Positions 28,072 to 37,116 are shown, numbered from the stretch's first letter. The stretch: 64,000 nucleotides of DNA from an uncultured bacterium (GCA_964354155.1 CAYGYG010000013.1:3696-67695), one strand, 5' to 3'. A program made the numbers and translations. Notes: generated by a model not told the origin, from the sequence alone.

Positions 28072-28272
28072 GTCTGATGTGCTGATATGCCGATATCCTG
28101 GCTACTGATATTCGGATATCCTGATATGCTGCCTTCGGCATCGATTACAGTGATGGCAGGACTGAGATCCCTCGCTGCCCTCGGGACGATGTAAACATCG
28201 GATTACGATGATTCATTGCTGATTTCTGCTGTGCTGATACCCTGCCCACTGATGCCCGGATGCGCTGATATG
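28072..28272 (+). repeat. Right arm of cassette 1 (28072-28126) and a second direct CTGAT-family copy (about 28222-28272)
   Basis: CTGAT/CCGAT/CGGAT recur at 8-12-nt spacing. An inverted ATCACTGTAATC unit lies at 28143-28155. Confidence 0.7.
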
Positions 28273-28295
28273 CTTGAACTAATGAGGTCAACCCC

Positions 28296-29654
28296 ATGAT
28301 CGCTCTCTTGATCGTCTTTGCGTTCACGCCTTACTACTTTGTTCACAACAGCGATCCGCAGATCGGGCGATCCCCGGAAGGCGAGCCCAACCTGGATTCA
28401 GCCGTTGCCCAGATCGGGCGGATGCAGCCGGCGCCGAGCTTCATATACGTGGCCGGTGACATCTCCGACAACCCGCTGGATTCGGCCATCGTCCATGACC
28501 AGTGGACGCGTGCTCGGACGCGTTTCAACCGGCTCTCGATTCCTAAGTACTACGCGGCCGGCAACAACGACCTCGGGTATCCGAGCGAACTGGAAAGCGT
28601 GCCCAGGATGCTATATTGGTATCGCAACTTCTGGGGGCCGGACTGGTACTCCTTTGACCGCGACTCCTGCCACTACATCGTCCTCAACTCGACCCTGCTG
28701 GACGTGGCCAGCGGCCATGTCCACTACCCGGCGTCGCTGGCCCAGGACAGTTTCTTGCGCAGCGACATCCAGTCCATCCAGGGCCGGCGCTGCAAGCATC
28801 TCTTTTTTCTCTACCATTTCCCGACTTACATCAGCACACCGGACGAAGCCAATCAGACCGGCAATGTCCACCGGCCGCGTCGCGACACCATCCTCAAGTA
28901 CGTGCGCAACAACGGCTTCAGCGCGATTCTTGCCGGCCACATCCACGCCGACGGCCAGACTCTATATCGTTCCGCGGTGCTCCAGGCCGGCCTGGCCACT
29001 TGCACCGGGCCCCTGTCCAGCACCGGCTACCGGGTTGTGAAAGCATTCCATAATGGGATAGAGACCTTCACCGTCTTTCTCTCGGCCCCGTTCGACAGCG
29101 TGCCTATGGTCAATATCGTCACGCCCACGGCCAGCCCTGAGACCGTCGTGGTCAACCAGACGGTTTCGTTTCAAGCGGGCGTCGATACGGTGCGCTTCCC
29201 GGATTGGCGCGGGTTGTCCTTCCGGTGGAATTTCGGTGACGGCGACAGCTCGTGGGTACGGACCACGTCACATGTCTACCGGGATACCGGCAACTATCTC
29301 GTTGCGTTCACCGGTTACCAAGCGCCGCGCAAGGCGGCCAATTATCATCTCAGGATTCGCGTGAATCCGCCGTCGCTCGTTGGAGGTGCCAGGCCCGAAT
29401 TGCGGGACGGACGTACGGTGATCTTGAGCGCGGTGCTTGCCGGCGCGGTCGCGTTTGAAACGGCTGAACCGGGAAGAGTCACGCTTGCGCTCTACTCCAG
29501 CGACGGACGAAAAGCCGCGATTCTCATGGACCGCTATCTTGAAGCTGGTCGGCACCGGGCGGCGGTTCCATCCCGGCTGGCGGCCGGCGTCTATTTCGTC
29601 GAGCTTGCCACACCCTTTGAACGAGCAGTGAAGAAGACAATTCACCTGCGTTAA
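28296..29654 (+). CDS. Exported calcineurin-like metallophosphoesterase with PKD domain and C-terminal sorting-like tail
   Basis: SDPQ, GDISD, GNND, HFP and GHIH motifs; W.FGDG PKD; LAAGVYFV tail. Confidence 0.8.
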   Translation: MIALLIVFAFTPYYFVHNSDPQIGRSPEGEPNLDSAVAQIGRMQPAPSFIYVAGDISDNPLDSAIVHDQWTRARTRFNRLSIPKYYAAGNNDLGYPSELESVPRMLYWYRNFWGPDWYSFDRDSCHYIVLNSTLLDVASGHVHYPASLAQDSFLRSDIQSIQGRRCKHLFFLYHFPTYISTPDEANQTGNVHRPRRDTILKYVRNNGFSAILAGHIHADGQTLYRSAVLQAGLATCTGPLSSTGYRVVKAFHNGIETFTVFLSAPFDSVPMVNIVTPTASPETVVVNQTVSFQAGVDTVRFPDWRGLSFRWNFGDGDSSWVRTTSHVYRDTGNYLVAFTGYQAPRKAANYHLRIRVNPPSLVGGARPELRDGRTVILSAVLAGAVAFETAEPGRVTLALYSSDGRKAAILMDRYLEAGRHRAAVPSRLAAGVYFVELATPFERAVKKTIHLR

Positions 29655-29695
29655 GATCGGGAAAACGCGGGACGCAAGGACGCCACGGACATCTT

Positions 29696-30454
29696 ATGCT
29701 TAATGCGAGGCCATGCGGCACTGCAATCATCGCCATACTGAGCCTGCTCGCAGCTCTGCCGGTTTGCGCGTCCGAAACCGCCTGCCTCGGCTTGTCGTTG
29801 ACCATGCTCTTGATCCTGCGAAATCGTCGACGCAAGGCCGTCCGACGGATTGTCGCGTCAGGGTTCTCCCGGCGCCTGGTGTGGAAGGCCGCCTACCGTT
29901 TCGGCCGCAACCTGAGCGCGATGCTCAAGAATCGTGTCCACGACTGTGTCTCGGAGAGAGAGGTCGTCATTCACGGCGAAGACCAGATTTCAGCCTTGGC
30001 CCAAGGCGGCGTGGCCGTCGGTTACCATTTCGGTCCCTGGGAGCTATTGCCCGGAATTTTGGCCCGGCGCGGCCTGCGGATGGGTGTCGTGACCAATTTC
30101 TACGCCGCCCGGCCGATTGATCAGTTCCTACGCCGGTTCCGCGCACGCGACCGGGTGGAGCTGTTCTATGCCAACGGGCCGGAGAACGAAGTCCGCCGGA
30201 TGATCGAGTTCATAAGATCGGGCGGCACGGTCGGGGCGCTGATCGACGGCGATACGTTCGACCAGAAGTACCCGGTTCTCAAGCGTATCATCGATCGATT
30301 CGGGTTTCGTGTCGTCCCGGTTTTCGGCTATCTAAAACATGGGAAAATGCATGTGTTTGTCGGTCACCCGCTGACCGACGCTCTAAGGTATTCACCTGAG
30401 AATTACTTCTGGTTCTATGCCAGTCATGAATCCATGCTCCAAGCCGAGTCGTAA
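29696..30454 (+). CDS. Lysophospholipid/lipid A acyltransferase (LpxL-like)
   Basis: HFGPWE (Hx4D/E), G.L.D motif, N-terminal membrane anchor. Start uncertain. Confidence 0.7.
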   Translation: MLNARPCGTAIIAILSLLAALPVCASETACLGLSLTMLLILRNRRRKAVRRIVASGFSRRLVWKAAYRFGRNLSAMLKNRVHDCVSEREVVIHGEDQISALAQGGVAVGYHFGPWELLPGILARRGLRMGVVTNFYAARPIDQFLRRFRARDRVELFYANGPENEVRRMIEFIRSGGTVGALIDGDTFDQKYPVLKRIIDRFGFRVVPVFGYLKHGKMHVFVGHPLTDALRYSPENYFWFYASHESMLQAES

Positions 30455-30552
30455 CTCCCGCTTCCATTTCCTTGTCGTAACGCCCGATAAAACATAAGTT
30501 CCGTACTCATCTGGAATCCGACCTAAGGTGTTGTACTCATTGAGGTTGCCTG

Positions 30553-30580
30553 TTGACATTGAAGTCAGGTCAGTTATAAT
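30553..30580 (+). promoter_or_regulatory. Promoter TTGACA-N16-TATAAT with no downstream ORF for about 660 nt
   Basis: Perfect hexamers. Confidence 0.65.
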
Positions 30581-30610
30581 ACCAATCCCAGTTGTGTTAA
30601 TATGAGTAAT

Positions 30611-30644
30611 TCAGGTGAATACCTGATATCCATTATTCACCTGA
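30611..30644. promoter_or_regulatory. Perfect 11-bp inverted repeat (TCAGGTGAATA-N12-TATTCACCTGA), operator-like
   Basis: Seen directly, 30 nt downstream of the -10 box. Confidence 0.5.
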
Positions 30645-31148
30645 CGGATAGAATGTAATTTGAGAGCTTGTAGGGCTTTGTTCCATGCGTGGAGGCGTGG
30701 ACTCGCTCTTAAGGTAAATGGGGGAATCCCCAGCAGGTCCGCGCAATAATCAAATACGTGCGTTCTTTGCCGCACTCGGTTCTTAGCGGTCTATCACCGG
30801 CACCGATTGATGTTATCGCTGTGATCGGTTTTCTCGTCATCACTGTGATCAGCGGTTCTATCACTGTAATCGAACGCGCAGCGTGTGTAACCGAGGCGGG
30901 CGAAGCCTGCTGAAGCAGGGAACAGGATACAGGGCACAGCAATCAGGGAACCAGCATTGAGCGTACAGAGTAGCGAGTAGAGAGAAGCGACAGAAAACGC
31001 AATCCGTTTCGTCTATCGTCCTAGTGAGCGTAGCGAACGATCGTCCTTAGTCCGTCGCCCGTATCTCCCGATCTTCCGACCGCTGATACCCCGTCCACTG
31101 ACCATCTGATGTCCTGATCCGCTCACCTTCGGCGTTCATCACTGCCTG

Positions 31149-31176
31149 CCCCGTTAGACTGGAAGTCTAAACGGGG
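31149..31176 (+). repeat. 28-bp hairpin repeat, copy 3
   Basis: Identical to copy 1; lies directly upstream of the hicBA promoter (TTGACG-N16-TATAAT, 31210-31237). Confidence 0.9.
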
Positions 31177-31243
31177 TAATCGACGGTGCCCTGCACCCAG
31201 AAGATGGGCTTGACGTGGTCCTCTCAAGGAGTATAATGCAATC

Positions 31244-31471
31244 ATGAAGAGACGTAAGACGGAATACACCGTGATCATGCATCCGGCCGAAGAGGGCGGT
31301 TACTGGGTCGAAGTGCCGGCGCTCCCCGGATGTTATTCGCAGGGGGAGAGCGTAGAAGAGGCCCTTGAAGGCATCAAAGAAGCCATTGAGGTGCACCTGA
31401 TTGCCCTGAGAAAACAGGGCAGGAAGGCACCCAAGGACCAGACCCTCGTGCTCAGTCACGTGGAAGTCTAG
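31244..31471 (+). CDS. hicB: HicB family antitoxin (HicB-like N domain), probably leaderless
   Basis: YTVI.HPAEEGGYWVEVPALPGC.SQGES.EEAL..IKEAI. Confidence 0.9.
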   Translation: MKRRKTEYTVIMHPAEEGGYWVEVPALPGCYSQGESVEEALEGIKEAIEVHLIALRKQGRKAPKDQTLVLSHVEV

Positions 31472-31504
31472 GGCCTACTTCCTCCATTGCTTTCCATCTC
31501 TTGA

Positions 31505-31726
31505 ATGGGCAAACAACTCAGAGGACTCAAAGCCAGAGAAGCGATCATAGCTTTCGTGCGGGCTGGCGGAGTTCGGAAACTTGGCAAGGGCAGTCACGTC
31601 AACATTAAGATGCCCAACGGCATGATTATGACAATTCCGGGGAAAGGCGAACTCAAGATCGGCTTGCTGAAAAACGCGATTCATAAAGCAGGTCTGACCG
31701 AAGAGCAATTCGCTCGCCTGCTCTAG
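31505..31726 (+). CDS. hicA: HicA family toxin
   Basis: L.G....E.I.AF...G.....GKGSH...K......TIP....LK.GLL...I..AGL..E.F..LL. Confidence 0.88.
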   Translation: MGKQLRGLKAREAIIAFVRAGGVRKLGKGSHVNIKMPNGMIMTIPGKGELKIGLLKNAIHKAGLTEEQFARLL

Positions 31727-31858
31727 CGGTCACCCGATCTTCCGACCGCTTATACCCCTCCCACTGATTCGCTGATCTTCTGATCTACTTGTTTTCTTTT
31801 CACCCTTTACGTTTTCCCCTTCACCTTTAACCATTCACTGACATAATAGGAGGCCTTA

Positions 31859-33529
31859 ATGCGTCTTTCACTTCTCTTCTTTCTTGTGCTTGCCGTGTCG
31901 GCTACAGCCGACTTCAACCGTACATCGGAAGTCATCGACGTGCCCACCGGACATACGCTGGGGTTGGGGCAGCTAAGAGCCGGCGCCGTCGGCGGCCTGG
32001 CCCTGAGTCTGTCTGAAGACACCCATGATGCGGACATCGACTTTGCCGGGGCTATCGGCCTGGGTAAGGGCTTCGAAATCTCGACCTCCATCTTCAGTCT
32101 TGATAATGTTGTCGTACTGGGGATGTCCAAGCAGATCCTGGCCCGCAAGAACACCTGGCTTGCCGTCGGCGTGCACGACCTGAGCTATTCGTGGAGCGTT
32201 TCGTCGGTCGGCGGCGGGGCTGACCAGGAGGGCTGGGACGATGATGTTCAGTACGAGTACGGCGAGTCGATCAAGCCGGCCGAAGCTTTTTCATTGTTCT
32301 TGACCGGGACTAAGAGCTTTAATACCGGCGGCGATCTTACCCTTGGTTTGGGCCGGGGACGGTTTGTCGGCTACGGACCCAACAGCAAGTACTTCAACAC
32401 CGAGTTTTACACCGACGACAAGAGCGACTGGGCAATCGGCCTGTTCATCGGGTACAAACTTCCGATCACCAGGTCGCTTGATCTGCTCTTTGATCTCGAC
32501 GGCAGGGATGCGAATCTCGGCCTTTGCCTGCACACGAAGCGTTTCGAAGTGGCGGTCGCGGGAGTGAAACTCGAACAATTGTGGGCTGACGGCTTAAGTT
32601 CGTGGGTCTCGGCTGGTCTGTTCTACAAGACGGGTCTTGTCCCGGAAAAACCAAAGGACGGGATCATCGCCGGCACGGTCACCGACCGCGAAACCGGCAA
32701 ACCGGTTGCGGCCGTGGTCGCCATCGAAAATTCTGGGATACCCGGCAGCGGCACCGACCCTTTGACCGGATACTACACCTTTGAAGGTTTGCCGCCGGCA
32801 ACCTATAATCTTGTCGGCACGGCACAAGGCTACGAGAGTTCGACCCGAATGGTGGTGGTCAAGGCCGGCCAACTGACCCGGGTCGATTTTTCGCTGGTCC
32901 GGGCCAAACCCATCGCCGGCCAGCTTACCGGGAGTGTCCTGGACAGGAAGACCAGTGCACCGTTGATTGCCGAACTGAGTCTTTTTGCGGTAGCCACAGG
33001 TGTCGTGGCCGGTCAACCGGTTGGGCAGACCAAGTCGGCTCAGACCGGAGCCTATGCATTTGCCGACGTCCCGGCCGGCAACTACCAATTGCGCGCCGAG
33101 GCGATGGACTACGCTGACCAGGTCATCAATTTGACGATTTCTGCCGGTGCCCGGACCACCCAGGATATCCATATGTTAAAGGTGGGCATGGTCATCACTT
33201 TGCAGGGAATAAAGTTTGACTTTAACAAAGCGACGATAAAGCCTGAATCTGCGCCTGTTCTTGATGAAGCTGCTGCCATGCTCGAGAACAATCCGGACAT
33301 CAAAGTCGAGATCCAGGGGCACACCGACAACGTCGGCAGTCGGACTTACAATCTGCGGCTATCGCAAGCGCGAGCCCAGGCGGTCGTCGACTATCTTGTG
33401 GCCAAGCAGGGGATTAGTACCGCGCGGCTCTCGGCCCGGGGCTATGGTTTTTCGATGCCCGTCGCCAGCAACGCGACGGTAGACGGCCGCGCCCAAAACC
33501 GCCGAGTCGAATTCGTAATCGTGAAATAG
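31859..33529 (+). CDS. OmpA-family outer-membrane protein: N-terminal beta-barrel-like region, two carboxypeptidase-regulatory-like domains, OmpA C-domain
   Basis: Signal peptide; I.FDFNKA.I, GHTD..G....N..LSQARA..V, NRRVEF. Confidence 0.9.
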   Translation: MRLSLLFFLVLAVSATADFNRTSEVIDVPTGHTLGLGQLRAGAVGGLALSLSEDTHDADIDFAGAIGLGKGFEISTSIFSLDNVVVLGMSKQILARKNTWLAVGVHDLSYSWSVSSVGGGADQEGWDDDVQYEYGESIKPAEAFSLFLTGTKSFNTGGDLTLGLGRGRFVGYGPNSKYFNTEFYTDDKSDWAIGLFIGYKLPITRSLDLLFDLDGRDANLGLCLHTKRFEVAVAGVKLEQLWADGLSSWVSAGLFYKTGLVPEKPKDGIIAGTVTDRETGKPVAAVVAIENSGIPGSGTDPLTGYYTFEGLPPATYNLVGTAQGYESSTRMVVVKAGQLTRVDFSLVRAKPIAGQLTGSVLDRKTSAPLIAELSLFAVATGVVAGQPVGQTKSAQTGAYAFADVPAGNYQLRAEAMDYADQVINLTISAGARTTQDIHMLKVGMVITLQGIKFDFNKATIKPESAPVLDEAAAMLENNPDIKVEIQGHTDNVGSRTYNLRLSQARAQAVVDYLVAKQGISTARLSARGYGFSMPVASNATVDGRAQNRRVEFVIVK

Positions 33530-33587
33530 AAAATGATCCCGGATGCACGATGCAGGATACTCGATAGCCAAGGTAAGGAGATCAGCA

Positions 33588-33968
33588 ATGACACGATACA
33601 CTGACCTGGAAATCTACAAACTAGGACACAATCTGGCCGTTGAAGTCCACAAGATGACCCTAGCGGATTTGCCAAAGTTCGAGATGTTCGAGGAGGGCGG
33701 TCAGGTCAGGCGTTCCTCAAAGTCCATCGTCAGCAACATCGTTGAGGGCTATGGCCGGCGGCGCTACAAGCAGGAGTTCATTCAGTTTCTCACCTATGCA
33801 ATGGCTTCGTGTGATGAAACGAAAGAGCACCTGCAGTTGCTATGGGATACGGATTCACTCAAGGACAGAACGCGATTTGTGCACTTTTCTGAGGGGTATG
33901 AGAAGCTGGGCGCCAAACTCAACAGTTTCATAGCTTCCGTCATAAAAGGCCATCTCTCACCTAGGTAG
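33588..33968 (+). CDS. Four helix bundle protein
   Basis: [45 protein letters not shown]. Confidence 0.9.
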   Translation: MTRYTDLEIYKLGHNLAVEVHKMTLADLPKFEMFEEGGQVRRSSKSIVSNIVEGYGRRRYKQEFIQFLTYAMASCDETKEHLQLLWDTDSLKDRTRFVHFSEGYEKLGAKLNSFIASVIKGHLSPR

Positions 33969-34190
33969 CGCTTCTTGTAGCTTCTCCTGTGTCCATCCTG
34001 TATCTTGTGTCGTTCATCTTGTTTCATGCCTTGCATATCGTGTATCGAGTATCCTGGATCTTATCTCGTGTCATTCTCGTCGTTCCTGCTTCGCATCATG
34101 TATCCTGGATCCCATGCCGTTCTCTTTTATCGTGTATCCTGTATCGAGTATCATTCTTTTCCATCGTGTATCATGTATCGTGGATCAGGC
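33969..34190 (+). repeat. Heptamer (TATCNTG-like) periodic tract; an inverted block lies upstream of the gene at 33541-33567
   Basis: tatcgtg-tatcgag-tatcctg-gatc blocks. Upstream ggatgca-cgatgca-ggatact-cgatag is the reverse-complement pattern. Confidence 0.8.
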
Positions 34191-34266
34191 CTTAAACCCG
34201 TTGTTGACAATTCTCGCCCTATGGATACACTTCATGTAGGAGATGACCTAATAACCTGTTCTTCAC

Positions 34267-35352
34267 ATGCGATCTAAAATCCTTCTAATCAATCCGGACG
34301 AAGCGGAGATTTCTCAGCTCCAGCATCTGCTGGAGACTGAGGGTCATAAGGTCAAGAAAGTCTACTCGGGCGAGGCGGCTCGCCGCGTCTGCGAGGACGA
34401 TACTTACGACCTGGTTCTTGTCTCCAGCACCCTGAAGGACACCAATGTCGGCGAGCTTATCCACAAACTGCGCCAGCCCTGTCCCGAGACCGAGTTTATC
34501 ATCATTACGAACCTGGCCCAATTCCAGAATCTGTCCGGCGTGAGCCACTATGATGTCGCCGGCTATCTCATTCCGCCGATCACCGAGGACAAGGTGCGGG
34601 AGGTTTCCCAGCGGGCGATCCGTCAGCACGAACTGCTCCGGGAGAACCGGCGTCTGATCGACGCCATCACCCAGGCCAAGAAGGAGTGGGAGGCGACGGT
34701 CGACGCCATCGAAGACCCGATCTTCATCGTCGATGCCGACCACAAAATCGTCCGCGCCAACCTCGCGCTGTTCCGGATGCTCAACAAGGGCGTTTCCCAG
34801 GTCATCGGCCAGAAGTGCAGTATCCTGCTCCACATGTCCGATGCCGCGCCGTCGGATTGTGTCATGGAAACGGTCAAGCGCGAGGCCGGCCCGATCACGT
34901 CCGACCTTACCTGCCGGGGTTTGGGCGACGGCAAGTACATCTGCGCCGCCTACCCGCAGATATTCGTCGGGGGATTCGGCACGGTTCATGTCCTGCGTGA
35001 TGCCCGGAAAGTCATCGGTGACGACCGCTACCGCCAGACCTTCGAGAAGAACCCGGTGCCGTCCCTGCTTCTCGAATACGACACCAGAAAGATTATCGAC
35101 GCAAATGCCAAAGCCCGCAACCTGCTCGGCTACAAGAAGGACGAGCTGATCAACGTAGCGTTTGACCATTTTCTGACCAGTGAGGACCGGGACAGCATCA
35201 TCATGGCCATGCCCAAGAATTTCAACGGCATGATTCACGAGGTGAAAGCCCAGGTCCTCAACCGCGAGAATCTCAAGCTCCAGGTCCGGCTCAGCTTCGG
35301 TATTGTTGAATTCGACAAGAAGATGGTCCTTCAAGTCGTCATCATCCCGTAG
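34267..35352 (+). CDS. Response-regulator receiver plus two PAS domains, no output domain
   Basis: REC-like N-terminus, KKEWEATVDAI.DPI...D....I.RAN PAS, second PAS (IDAN..A..LLGY...EL). Promoter TTGACA-N16-TACACT at 34204-34231. Confidence 0.8.
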   Translation: MRSKILLINPDEAEISQLQHLLETEGHKVKKVYSGEAARRVCEDDTYDLVLVSSTLKDTNVGELIHKLRQPCPETEFIIITNLAQFQNLSGVSHYDVAGYLIPPITEDKVREVSQRAIRQHELLRENRRLIDAITQAKKEWEATVDAIEDPIFIVDADHKIVRANLALFRMLNKGVSQVIGQKCSILLHMSDAAPSDCVMETVKREAGPITSDLTCRGLGDGKYICAAYPQIFVGGFGTVHVLRDARKVIGDDRYRQTFEKNPVPSLLLEYDTRKIIDANAKARNLLGYKKDELINVAFDHFLTSEDRDSIIMAMPKNFNGMIHEVKAQVLNRENLKLQVRLSFGIVEFDKKMVLQVVIIP

Positions 35353-35481
35353 GTTCCTCTTTTTTCTTCACCTTTTTCTGCGCCTGGCGCTTTGTCAAAT
35401 CCGCAATCCAAAATCTTAACGGTGCTTTATCGCTGTAATCGTGTGTTCTTATCACTGTAATCTACGCGTAGCGACGCGGAG

Positions 35482-35580
35482 CGTGGCAATCCCATTCTCT
35501 GTGTGCATCCTTATTCTCTCTACTTGCTACTCGCTACTTATTACAGCATCCGTTTGCATCCGCTCCCATCCGTTTGAATC
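35482..35580 (+). repeat. ~100-bp near-identical direct repeat, copy 1 (copy 2 at 37857-37962)
   Basis: cgtggcaatcccattctctgtgtgcatccttattctctctactt...actcgctacttattacagcatccg...catccgtttgaatc is shared. Confidence 0.85.
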
Positions 35581-35592
35581 TTTGACTTTCTA

Positions 35593-35799
35593 ATGATGAA
35601 ACGCCTCTGGTGTAATAAATTCCGCTCACGCCGCGATGCCGACCGCTTTGATCAGGTCTACTACGAGCGGATGACGTCAAAGCAGCGGCTGGAGATTGTG
35701 CAGATGTTGAGGGATTCAGTCTTCATGCTGCCTGATATATCCAGACATGAAAACCGAAAAAGACTACGAAGAACTATTAAGGTTGTTCAACAAGCATAA
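35593..35799 (+). CDS. Small hypothetical protein, partner of the downstream nucleotidyltransferase
   Basis: AD.FD..YY..MT..QRLE pattern; overlaps the next gene. Confidence 0.6.
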   Translation: MMKRLWCNKFRSRRDADRFDQVYYERMTSKQRLEIVQMLRDSVFMLPDISRHENRKRLRRTIKVVQQA

Positions 35800-36214
35800 G
35801 GTCAAGTACTGCATCGTCGGAGCCTACGCGGTTGCCTACTATGCCCGGCCGAGATATACGAAGGACCTCGATATTTTCATTGATCCGGTGTGGGACAACG
35901 CGGCACGGCTCGTGAAAGCGTTGGAAGAGTTCGGATTCAAGGGTTTGAACCTACGGCCGGAAGACTTCATGGTCAAGGGAAGCGTGGTTCAGCTTGGTTA
36001 TGAACCGGTTAGGGTTGATATTGTAAGCTCGATCAGCGGCTGTTCTTTCGGCACGGTCTGGAAGAGCCGGGAGGTTGGCCGATACGGGAAAGAAAAGGTC
36101 TTCTTCATCGGTCTGGCCCAGTTGATCAAGAACAAACGCGCCGCGCAGCGCGCGCAGGACAAGGCGGACCTTGAGCTTCTCGCCAAAGTGCGTGCCCGGC
36201 GGCGACCCCGTTAG
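35747..36214 (+). CDS. Nucleotidyltransferase-fold protein (DUF6036-like)
   Basis: VGAYAV..Y..PRYTKDLDI, NK.A..R.QD.ADL. Confidence 0.8.
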   Translation: MKTEKDYEELLRLFNKHKVKYCIVGAYAVAYYARPRYTKDLDIFIDPVWDNAARLVKALEEFGFKGLNLRPEDFMVKGSVVQLGYEPVRVDIVSSISGCSFGTVWKSREVGRYGKEKVFFIGLAQLIKNKRAAQRAQDKADLELLAKVRARRRPR

Positions 36215-36233
36215 ACTGGAAGTCTAAACGGGG
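36206..36233 (+). repeat. 28-bp hairpin repeat, copy 4 (supplies the TAG stop of the nucleotidyltransferase)
   Basis: Identical to copy 1; the ORF ends in CCG-CGT-TAG-like overlap within the repeat (stop at 36212-36214). Confidence 0.9.
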
Positions 36234-36353
36234 TAATCGACGGTGCTCCGCACCGAACGATACTAACGCTCATCGCTGTCCCGTACGGGACGATCTCGTC
36301 AACGCTGTTGATTTTCGTATGATTTGATGTATAATCTACGCAATGGAGGCCTC

Positions 36354-36563
36354 ATGCGTACCACATTACGCAGTGTAACAATAAAAGGCGACAAGCCACT
36401 AGTTGTCATTTCTGCCGAGCAATACGAGAGGATGATGGAAACGATCGAACTACTTTCTATCAACCCTGATTTGGCAGATGACCTAAAGGCAGAAAGAAGA
36501 AGAATGGACAAGGGTGAGTATATCACCCTTAGTGATTATAAGAAGAAATACCGCCGACACTGA
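36354..36563 (+). CDS. Phd/YefM-like antitoxin
   Basis: VVISAEQYERMMETIELLS.NP. GGAGG RBS; promoter TTGATT-N16-TATAAT at 36308-36335. Confidence 0.8.
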   Translation: MRTTLRSVTIKGDKPLVVISAEQYERMMETIELLSINPDLADDLKAERRRMDKGEYITLSDYKKKYRRH

Positions 36564-36832
36564 TGTATCAGGTTCGTTTATCGCACTCCGCTGAGAGGTT
36601 CTTGGATCATATGCACCGATCAAACCGTAGCCTATTCGGCAGACTCATGCAATCCTTGGATAAGGTATCAAAAGATCCCTTTAGCGGGAAGGCGTTAATG
36701 GGGAATCTAAAGGGCCACTATTCGTACCGGGTCGGTGATTACCGAATACTGCTGGAAATCGATAAGGCGAAGCACATCGTCTATGTCGAGAAGATTGAAC
36801 ACCGCAGTGCTGTTTACCAGAGGCACTCTTAG
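36563..36832 (+). CDS. RelE/ParE family toxin
   Basis: MYQV.L...A..FL, P..GK.L.GNL.G.YS.RVGDYRIL..I, I.HRS.VY. Confidence 0.9.
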   Translation: MYQVRLSHSAERFLDHMHRSNRSLFGRLMQSLDKVSKDPFSGKALMGNLKGHYSYRVGDYRILLEIDKAKHIVYVEKIEHRSAVYQRHS

Positions 36833-37116
36833 CGGTCTAAGGTTCTAACGCTTTTAATGTGCTCAACGCTCCTATCACTGTAATCGTGTTTTCTTATCAC
36901 CGTAATCGACGATGCTTCATCGCTGTAATCGATGTGCCTCCGGCACAAACGTTCTAACGATATTAACGTTATAACCCTCTTCATCACTGTAATCAGCCTT
37001 TCTCATCGCTGTAATCGATTCCGCTTCAGCGGAAACCAAATAAACTTGATAAACCAGATAAACCAAGAGAACGTTCCTAACGCTATTAACGATATTAACG
37101 GCAGATGCTTCATCGT
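36833..37116. repeat. Mosaic spacer: five ATCA/GCTGTAATC units, TTCCGCTTCAGCGGAA hairpin, AAACCA tract, TAACG tracts
   Basis: Units at 36872, 36894, 36917, 36981 and 37003; hairpin at 37019-37034. Confidence 0.8.

Noticed and set aside
30611-30644. dif/XerCD site
   Set aside because: The spacer is 12 nt rather than 6, and the arms do not resemble XerC/XerD boxes.
33989-34277. Short ORFs over the heptamer tract (and similar ORFs at 4190-4378, 37832-38056, 43171-43479)
   Set aside because: Their low-complexity translations derive from the periodic repeats.
36833-37116. ATCACTGTAATC runs as a CRISPR array
   Set aside because: Repeats are about 14 nt, spacers are 7-10 nt and recur between loci, and no cas genes are present.
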